This document shows positions 57,888 to 64,000 of a DNA stretch of 64,000 nt, one piece after another. Under the pieces are notes generated by a model. The model saw only the letters and a list, made by a program, of their open reading frames with translations. It made no database searches and had not been told where the DNA came from. Location of the stretch: assembly GCA_029982615.1 (NCBI GenBank), contig JARRBK010000004.1, positions 3,822-67,821 of the forward strand. Reading direction: 5' to 3'. Both the position numbers and the translations under genes were made by a program. Numbering within the stretch: the first letter of the stretch is position 1; every line of letters begins with the position of its first letter. The stretch is from Tepidanaerobacteraceae bacterium (GTDB lineage Bacteria; Bacillota; Thermosediminibacteria; Thermosediminibacterales; Tepidanaerobacteraceae).

Positions 57888-58080
57888 GGTTTTCCTCCAT
57901 ACGGGTTTTTGTTAAAAAATAATATTTTTGTTTATTATATCAACTCTGAGAGTATTTGTCTAGCAGAGTATTACACTTACTCATATACGACCGAGCACGT
58001 GGAAAACCTATATCTATTTGACAATGGCTTTTTAACCATATCCAGGGTTACCGTCATGCCTGCCGCTGGAAATTAACCCA

Positions 58081-58368
58081 TTATAACATCTCCTTGGTTA
58101 CGTTCTCCACCGTAAATCGGCCGTCGCTTTCCATAAAGTAGAGCGCACGGTCCAGCTGGCGGCCCGCATGTTCACCTGTGGTGGATACGCAGGCCATGCC
58201 GATTACCGCCCGCCTCAAATCATCCTGTCTGTCTACTTCTGCAACGGATATGTTGTAGCGGTTTTTCAGCCGCTCGATGATGCTTTTCACTATCTGCCTT
58301 TTATCTTTCAATGAAAACGTATCGCCCATGGATATTTCCACAACCATTGTGCCAACAACCATGTTCAT
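58081..58368 (-). CDS. DUF503 (YlxP-like) family protein
   Basis: MVVEISMGDTFSLKDKRQIVKSIIERLKNRYNISVAEVDRQDDLRRAVIGMACVS matches the DUF503 pattern. The RBS is AGGGGG. Confidence 0.75.
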   Translation of the reverse strand: MNMVVGTMVVEISMGDTFSLKDKRQIVKSIIERLKNRYNISVAEVDRQDDLRRAVIGMACVSTTGEHAGRQLDRALYFMESDGRFTVENVTKEML

Positions 58369-58424
58369 TCCGCCCCCTGTGCGTTTGATTTTCCAGGATG
58401 CCCGGGACTGCAGCCCACGAACCT

Positions 58425-59804
58425 TTACTTTTCGGCTTGGGGAATCATTTCAACGTTTTCAACACTCTGCCGCTCCAGGTGCCTGATTTCCGAAAGGATC
58501 CAAATGCCTGTGAGAATAGATGAACCGGCGTCGGAGACCGGTCCTGCCATGAAAATTCCATCCAGCCCGAAAAAGCGGGGCAGTATCAACAGGGATGGTA
58601 TGAGAAGTATTACCTGCCTGGAAAGGCTAAGGAACATGGCATGCTTGGGCTTTCCCACTGCTTGGAAATAGTTTGCGCTGACAATCTGAAAACCTATAAC
58701 CGGCAAAAGCAAAAGGAATATGCGCAGCCCTCTGGCTCCCAAGGCAATGAGTTGCTGGTCCTTGCTGTTGAACATCCGGATAAGGCTTGCCGGAAAAAGC
58801 TGCGTGACAGCAAAGCAAACGATGACGATACCTGTGGCCGCGGCAATGGCCAGCCCTAGTGTTTTTTTCACCCGGTCGAATTTCCTGGCGCCGTAGTTAT
58901 ATCCTATGATAGGCTGGGCTCCTTGATTGATGCCAAATATGGGCATCAAAATCAGCATTGCTATGCTGTTTATAATGCCCATGGCTGAAATGGCGATATC
59001 GCCTCCATAGATTCGCAAGCTGTTGTTTAAAATAATATTTAGCATGCTTGCTGCCAGCTGCATGGCAAAGGGAGCCGAACCAATGGCAAATATATTTTTT
59101 ACAATACTGATGCGAAGCCTTAGATTCTTCAGGTGTATTTTCAAAAGGCTTGCTCCGCCGAGGAAATAATAGAGCACCCATACAGCAGATACCATCTGGG
59201 AAAGTATTGTAGCCGTAGCAGCTCCGCTGATTCCCATGTCGAGAACGAATATGAATATCGGGTCCAGTATAGTATTTAATATAGCGCCTATCAGCATAGT
59301 GAACATGGCAATCTTGGGATTTCCTTCAGCTCGGATGAAATTGTTCATTCCAAACCCTATCCCTTGGAATACCGCCCCCCACAGGATGATGCTGAGGTAC
59401 TGCCTGGCATAGGGTAAAAGTGCTTTGCTTGCCCCGAAAAGTGTAAGCAGCGGGTCCAGAAAAGTGAGGCCAAAAGCAGATATGACTAAAGATACTACTA
59501 CCAAAAGCGTCAATGCATTACCCATGATGAGTTCTGCCTCTTCTTTTTTCTGCTCGCCCAGGCGTATGGAGATCAATGAAGTGGCTCCCAGCCCGATCAG
59601 CATTCCGAAAGCCATTATTATTATCATCAGCGGAAACCCGACGGTGATGCCAGCTATTCCCTGAGAACCGACTCCCCTTCCCACAAAAATCCTGTCAACC
59701 ACATTGTACAGCCCATTTACAACCATTCCGATAATCGCAGGAATGGAAAAGCTCAAAAGCAGGGAAAAAATGCTGCCTTCACCCAGCTGTTTTGACCTGT
59801 CCAT
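58425..59804 (-). CDS. MATE-family multidrug/sodium efflux transporter
   Basis: 459 aa with 12 predicted TM segments and the typical MATE N-terminus (LLLSFSIPAIIGMVVNGLYNVVDRIFVG). The RBS is GGAGG. Confidence 0.85.
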   Translation of the reverse strand: MDRSKQLGEGSIFSLLLSFSIPAIIGMVVNGLYNVVDRIFVGRGVGSQGIAGITVGFPLMIIIMAFGMLIGLGATSLISIRLGEQKKEEAELIMGNALTLLVVVSLVISAFGLTFLDPLLTLFGASKALLPYARQYLSIILWGAVFQGIGFGMNNFIRAEGNPKIAMFTMLIGAILNTILDPIFIFVLDMGISGAATATILSQMVSAVWVLYYFLGGASLLKIHLKNLRLRISIVKNIFAIGSAPFAMQLAASMLNIILNNSLRIYGGDIAISAMGIINSIAMLILMPIFGINQGAQPIIGYNYGARKFDRVKKTLGLAIAAATGIVIVCFAVTQLFPASLIRMFNSKDQQLIALGARGLRIFLLLLPVIGFQIVSANYFQAVGKPKHAMFLSLSRQVILLIPSLLILPRFFGLDGIFMAGPVSDAGSSILTGIWILSEIRHLERQSVENVEMIPQAEK

Positions 59805-59994
59805 ACATATCCTCCTTTTGCTTACTATTATAACATAAAAGGTAAACAGATGCAGGGCAATCTTAAACTGGAAGTTGAATTTGCATAATAAAAGGAAAGC
59901 ATAACAAAATAAAGCAAATATATGAAAGCGGGGCGTAAATTAAAAAACTTGCGCTGCCGCAAATTTTTTATTTATATAATTAATATATTAACAA

Positions 59995-60023
59995 TTAACA
60001 TAATAACAATTTATATATATAAT
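59995..60023 (+). promoter_or_regulatory. Candidate promoter of the marR-tolC-hlyD-ABC2 operon
   Basis: TTAACA (59995-60000), a 17-nt spacer, then TATAAT (60018-60023), within an AT-rich divergent region. Confidence 0.4.
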
Positions 60024-60059
60024 ATTAACATATACATTAAATATTCGGAGGCGAGAGCA

Positions 60060-60575
60060 GTGGACAGGCTGAAAAGGATGAAAAAGATGGCTGAAAGCTA
60101 TAAGTGGGTGGAAGGCATTGCGAGCAGGGCTATTATTGAATTTAAAAAGACCCATGAAATGCTTGAGGAGGTATTCGAAAACCACTTTCAAGCGTACGAC
60201 ATATCCGATTCCAAATTCAATTTGCTGGTTATACTGTACAATTCCTCGGAAAAGGGGTTGATGCTGTCGGAGATAGGAGACAGAATGCTGGTGACCAGAG
60301 CCAACATAACGGGCCTTATAGACAGGCTGGAAAAGCAGGGTCTGGTGAAAAGAATCAGGGATGATATGGACAGGAGGAAAATACAAGCCGTGATTACGAA
60401 GAAAGGGATTTCTTTCACTGAAGAAGTAATGAAAAAATATAAGGAATGGTCGAACTCCATTATGAATATCTTAAACGATGAGGAGAAGACCCGCCTCATA
60501 AACATAATGTCCAAATTGCAGAAAGGGTTGGTTCAAATGGAGACGGAAAGGAGAATCCCGCATGTTACGGCTTAA
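60060..60575 (+). CDS. MarR-family transcriptional regulator
   Basis: The winged-helix region is LSEIGDRMLVTRANITGLIDRLEKQGLVKRIRDDMDRRK. The start is uncertain: GTG 60060 after GGAGGCGAG, or ATG 60078/60087. The AT-rich N-terminal extension in the ORF track is rejected. Confidence 0.8.
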   Translation: MDRLKRMKKMAESYKWVEGIASRAIIEFKKTHEMLEEVFENHFQAYDISDSKFNLLVILYNSSEKGLMLSEIGDRMLVTRANITGLIDRLEKQGLVKRIRDDMDRRKIQAVITKKGISFTEEVMKKYKEWSNSIMNILNDEEKTRLINIMSKLQKGLVQMETERRIPHVTA

Positions 60576-62043
60576 ACTGCCAATCTTTATAATAACTGCA
60601 GCTTTTTTCCTTTGCTTTGGGATTCCGGCTCATGCAGAAGAAACCGGTGTGCTGAAGCTCACCATAGAAGATGCAGTGAAAAAAGGCCTCGAAAACAGCA
60701 TTTCGTTAAAACAAGTGCAGAACCAGATGGATATCAGCGACCTTACGCTGGAGCGGGCCAAGTACCAGAGCAAAAAGTTAAAGGATGCGGATAAAAAATT
60801 GAGCCGCGGAAAATCCCAACTCCAGGAAGCGCAATCCACTGTGGAAAACCTGGAGGGAATTCTTGAAGGCAAAGCTTCAAACCAAGACATCACATTACCG
60901 AATGGACTTGTGCTTAAAGCGGGTCAAACCATTGATGATGTTAAAAAACTGTACAATTTAGATGAAAATACGATTGATACATTAAAAACTCAATTTGAGG
61001 CGCAAATCGATATGATACAGACGCAGATAAAAGCCGGTTCCACATCCCTTTCCACAGGCGAATCCAAACTGGACGCAGCACTTCAGGAAGCTGCGGGCGA
61101 GTTTTCGGACAAATTGAATATAGAGGGCCTAAAATCCCTAGACATAAAATCCACGCAAGACCTAATGACCACCATGGCCGAAATATCCGATGAGGTTACC
61201 AACGCATCATATGACATATATAAAAATCAGATAGCCCTTCTCATCCAGAAAAGCTACTACGATGTTTTGAAAGCCCAGAAAATGCTGGAGGTAAAACAAA
61301 AAGCCATGGACAGGGCGAAAAAACAATTCGATTTGGCGACGGAAAGCTACAGGACGGGAATGAAGGCAAAGGATGACATGCTACTGGCAGAGCTTTATTA
61401 TAAAAAAACCCAGATAGAATATCAGCAGGCCTTGGAAGATTTGGACAACGCCATGATTGAATTCAAGAAAAACATAAACGTACCCCAGGACACACAAATT
61501 GAGCTTACAGACGTGATGGCGGAAGAAGTGAAAGATGAAGACTTGGAGCAGGGGCTCAAGAGCGGTCTGGTGAACCGGCTGGAAATAAAAAAGGCTTTTG
61601 GACAGCTGGTGGTAAATGATTTGAGCTTTGAATCCATCAAAAAGACTTATCCAGAAAACACCTTCCAGTACAGGGAAGCAGAGCTTTTAAAAGAAAAGGC
61701 CAGGCTGGAATATGAGAATACAAAGCTGGCGGTGGAAAGTTCCATCCGGCAGTCATACGAAACCATGAAAAGGACCGGAGAAATGCTGAAACTCACCCAG
61801 GACATGGTGGGAAGGGCAAAAGAAGTGGTGGATATAGCCAGCTATAAATACAGCGAAGGTTTCGGCGAAGACAACAGCCTGCTCAAACAGTTGAACCTGG
61901 AATCCGCATCAGGCACCATATTGGAAGTGCTGGCAGCCCAGGAAAATCTTGCGGATGTGGAAGAGAAGGTGGTGGAAATCATGTACGGATATAACCTGGC
62001 GAGGATGAAATATTTTAATGATATAGGAAAATTCGTGTATTAA
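60562..62043 (+). CDS. TolC-family (outer membrane efflux protein-like) protein
   Basis: It has a signal peptide (MLRLKLPIFIITAAFFLCFGIPAHA) and the two-repeat coiled-coil OEP architecture (LTIEDAVKKGLENS..., YYDVLKAQKMLEV..., ...YNLARMKYFNDIG). The start overlaps the marR end. Confidence 0.75.
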   Translation: MLRLKLPIFIITAAFFLCFGIPAHAEETGVLKLTIEDAVKKGLENSISLKQVQNQMDISDLTLERAKYQSKKLKDADKKLSRGKSQLQEAQSTVENLEGILEGKASNQDITLPNGLVLKAGQTIDDVKKLYNLDENTIDTLKTQFEAQIDMIQTQIKAGSTSLSTGESKLDAALQEAAGEFSDKLNIEGLKSLDIKSTQDLMTTMAEISDEVTNASYDIYKNQIALLIQKSYYDVLKAQKMLEVKQKAMDRAKKQFDLATESYRTGMKAKDDMLLAELYYKKTQIEYQQALEDLDNAMIEFKKNINVPQDTQIELTDVMAEEVKDEDLEQGLKSGLVNRLEIKKAFGQLVVNDLSFESIKKTYPENTFQYREAELLKEKARLEYENTKLAVESSIRQSYETMKRTGEMLKLTQDMVGRAKEVVDIASYKYSEGFGEDNSLLKQLNLESASGTILEVLAAQENLADVEEKVVEIMYGYNLARMKYFNDIGKFVY

Positions 62044-62094
62044 AATCCAAATTCTTATGCATGCTGTATGAACGAAAGGAGAAGGATTGTGAAA

Positions 62095-63135
62095 ATGAAA
62101 AAAACGGCTTGTTTGGCGGTTTTTGTGGCGCTGGTGTCGCTTATTCTGACGGGATGTGGTACCGGCAAGGCAACGGAAGCATCTTTGTTTGACGAAAAGG
62201 ACGGCATTGTTTCTCAGGGCGTGATAGAAGCCCAAGAGGTCAGCATAAACAGCAAAATACCCGGAAAGATCGCCAAACTGTACGTCGCAGAAGGCGATGA
62301 GGTGAAAGCGGGCGATATATTGGTGGAAATATCCAGCGATGAAATAAAAGCCAAGGAAGACCAGGCAAAAGCAATGGTGAATGAGGCGCAGGCAGCTTAC
62401 GACGCTGCAAAAGGGCAGTTGGAAGCGGCCCAGGCTATGCTGGAAAAAGCCAAAAACGGAGCCAGGAAACAGGAGATTGCCCAGGCTCAGGCGTCGTATG
62501 ATTTATGGCTCAAGACGTATGAAAGAGTGAAGAAGCTTTATGAAAAAGGGGCCGTTTCCGCACAGAAGTGCGATGAGGTGAAGACCCAGCTGGAAGTTGC
62601 AGCCCAGAACCTCAGCATGGCAAAAGAAGGTGCGAGGAGCGAAGATATCAGCGCAGCCCAGGCTGCAGTGGTTTCTGCCCAGGCGATGGAGCAGGCCGCA
62701 AAGGCCAAGCTTCAGGAGGCCAAGGGCGGGCTGGAGGAAGTCAGGGCGTACCTGAAGGACACAAAGATAACATCTCCCATCAGCGGGACAGTGACAGAAC
62801 TTGACGCCGACGAGGGCGAGCTGGTCTCCACAGGGATGTCTATAGCCACTGTGACAGATTTGAACGATATGTGGGTGGAGGTGCAGGTGAAAGAAACCGA
62901 CATATCCAAGATTTTTCTCGGCCAGCGGGTAAAAGTGAAAATCCCAGCCTATCCTGACGAAATTTTTTCCGGCAAGGTTGTGAGAATAAATCAAAAACCG
63001 GATTTTGCCGTAAAGCGCGCCACCAATGACAATGGTTCTTTTGACATCCAGGCCTTTGGGGTGAAGATTAAACTGGACAACAAAAACAAAGTCATGAGGC
63101 CGGGAATGACTGCATTCGTGCAGTTTCCGAAATAG
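62095..63135 (+). CDS. HlyD-family membrane-fusion (periplasmic adaptor) lipoprotein
   Basis: The lipobox is LILTGCG. A biotinyl-lipoyl-like motif (GDEVKAGDILVEI), a long coiled coil and ITSPISGTV are present. Confidence 0.85.
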   Translation: MKKTACLAVFVALVSLILTGCGTGKATEASLFDEKDGIVSQGVIEAQEVSINSKIPGKIAKLYVAEGDEVKAGDILVEISSDEIKAKEDQAKAMVNEAQAAYDAAKGQLEAAQAMLEKAKNGARKQEIAQAQASYDLWLKTYERVKKLYEKGAVSAQKCDEVKTQLEVAAQNLSMAKEGARSEDISAAQAAVVSAQAMEQAAKAKLQEAKGGLEEVRAYLKDTKITSPISGTVTELDADEGELVSTGMSIATVTDLNDMWVEVQVKETDISKIFLGQRVKVKIPAYPDEIFSGKVVRINQKPDFAVKRATNDNGSFDIQAFGVKIKLDNKNKVMRPGMTAFVQFPK

Positions 63136-64000
63136 GTGGTGGCGCAGGTGGTAAAAGAATTCTTCATAAGCTTTAAGAATGAATGGTTGATGGCAAAAAA
63201 AGAAAAAATGATATTAATTGTGCTGTTCGCCATACCCGTCATGGTGAATATCCTTCTGGGGTATGAGATGTCTCAAAATCAAATGAAACACATACCCATG
63301 GCGGTGTGTGACATGGACGATTCCTATCTCAGCAGGACGATTGTGCAGCAGTTTGCGGAAAACGAAACTTTTGATGTGAAGTATTATCTTCAGGACAGCT
63401 TGCAAATGCAAGAGTTTTTCAAGAAAAACATGGTTAGAGTGGGTCTTCTGATTCCAAAAGGCTTTGAAAAAGATGTGACCAACCTGAAATCCCCTGCCCT
63501 GCTCATGATTTACGACGGCAGCAGCATGCCCATGGCGAGCACAGCAAAGACCAGGGCTTCGGAAATCCTGCTCACCCTAAAAACCGGTATATTAATTAAA
63601 CAAATACAGGCAAGGCTGAACATCCCTGAAGATGAGGCGGAAAAGATGGCTATGGCTGTTAATTTCAGCAACAGGACCCTGTACAACCCCACGCGGGGCT
63701 ACAAGAACTTCTTAAACCTAGGGCTGTGTGCGGCAGCCATACAATCGGGCATCGGGATACTCGCCGCATCCAGCATAAGGGATGGAGAGCTTTCGCAAAA
63801 AAGAATACCGCGCATCGGGCTGGTGGTGGGGAAAATAGTGTTCTATGGCTTAATGGGCGGAATATCCCTCGGCATGACACTTACCATGCAGAATAAGTTT
63901 TTTGATATCCCCTTCAGAGGCAAATTGTGGGATGCGGTAATTTTGTGCGGGGCTTTTTCTTTTGCCGCTGCGGCTCTTGGGGTTTTGATTTCCGCATTCA
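63136..64000 (+). CDS. ABC-2-type transporter permease (YhhJ-like), 3' end outside window
   Basis: The frame is open from the GTG at 63136 (directly after the hlyD stop) to the window end. It has a VVKEFFISFKNEW N-terminus, a large extracytoplasmic loop, then TM segments. It is absent from the ORF track because no stop lies in the window. Confidence 0.7.
   Translation, partial: MVAQVVKEFFISFKNEWLMAKKEKMILIVLFAIPVMVNILLGYEMSQNQMKHIPMAVCDMDDSYLSRTIVQQFAENETFDVKYYLQDSLQMQEFFKKNMVRVGLLIPKGFEKDVTNLKSPALLMIYDGSSMPMASTAKTRASEILLTLKTGILIKQIQARLNIPEDEAEKMAMAVNFSNRTLYNPTRGYKNFLNLGLCAAAIQSGIGILAASSIRDGELSQKRIPRIGLVVGKIVFYGLMGGISLGMTLTMQNKFFDIPFRGKLWDAVILCGAFSFAAAALGVLISAF

Noticed and set aside
59922-60059. 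N-terminal extension of the MarR ORF (MKAGRK...NILTINIITIYIYNINIYIKY) and the impression of a repeat array in this AT-rich stretch
   Set aside because: The translation is low-complexity I/N/Y text produced by AT-rich promoter DNA. The repeats are short (6-12 bp) and irregular, so they are not CRISPR-like. A good RBS precedes the downstream GTG/ATG starts.
1-64000. Search for mobile elements, prophage, CRISPR arrays, tRNA/rRNA genes
   Set aside because: I saw no transposase, integrase or recombinase-like ORFs, no regularly spaced repeat arrays, and no tRNA-like or rRNA-like segments. The only phage-flavoured item is the isolated holin-like gene.

Overview
This is a 64-kb chromosomal segment from a spore-forming Firmicute of the class Clostridia. 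The H-NOX chemoreceptor and overall gene content resemble thermophilic anaerobes of the Thermoanaerobacterales type, but that placement is inference only. I call about 55 protein genes. I saw no rRNA, tRNA, CRISPR array, transposase or integrase. Housekeeping content: a divergent glnR and two glnA paralogs that flank an H-NOX-fused chemoreceptor; pfk; ilvN-ilvD; a PatA/AspC-type aminotransferase behind a T-box leader; a UPF0210/ACT gene pair; a gerA-type germinant receptor operon; spoIIR; an alpha/beta SASP; an Orn/Lys/Arg decarboxylase; murI; ansA; a complete pyrimidine operon (pyrB-pyrC-carA-carB-pyrK-pyrD-pyrE-pyrF) behind two PyrR-type attenuators; and argS. Four accessory regions look most interesting. 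(1) A minus-strand operon at 51.9-57.3 kb combines a SipW signal peptidase and a TasA-family fibre subunit with a second TasA paralog ending in an (M)PKTG cell-wall sorting signal, a dedicated sortase and an ~830-aa vWA adhesin. It looks like a hybrid of TasA-type and sortase-type fibre assembly. Its promoter region carries helically phased repeats and small leader ORFs. (2) A 12.4-kb four-gene operon at 10.7-23.1 kb encodes two giant Ig-like/IPT-TIG proteins, a repeat-rich secreted protein and an SLH-anchored protein. (3) A dense cluster of four perfect and two near-perfect DnaA boxes lies directly upstream of that operon, far from any dnaA/dnaN gene. (4) The T-box leader is followed by a second antiterminator/terminator unit that lacks a normal Stem I. 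Smaller items include a nucleotidyltransferase-fold toxin-antitoxin-like pair, an orphan holin-like gene with a hairpin that sequesters its ribosome-binding site, a MarR-TolC-HlyD-ABC-2 efflux locus in an organism that otherwise looks monoderm, and lineage-specific insertions in several conserved enzymes. All calls come from reading the sequence and the supplied ORF translations. No database searches were run.
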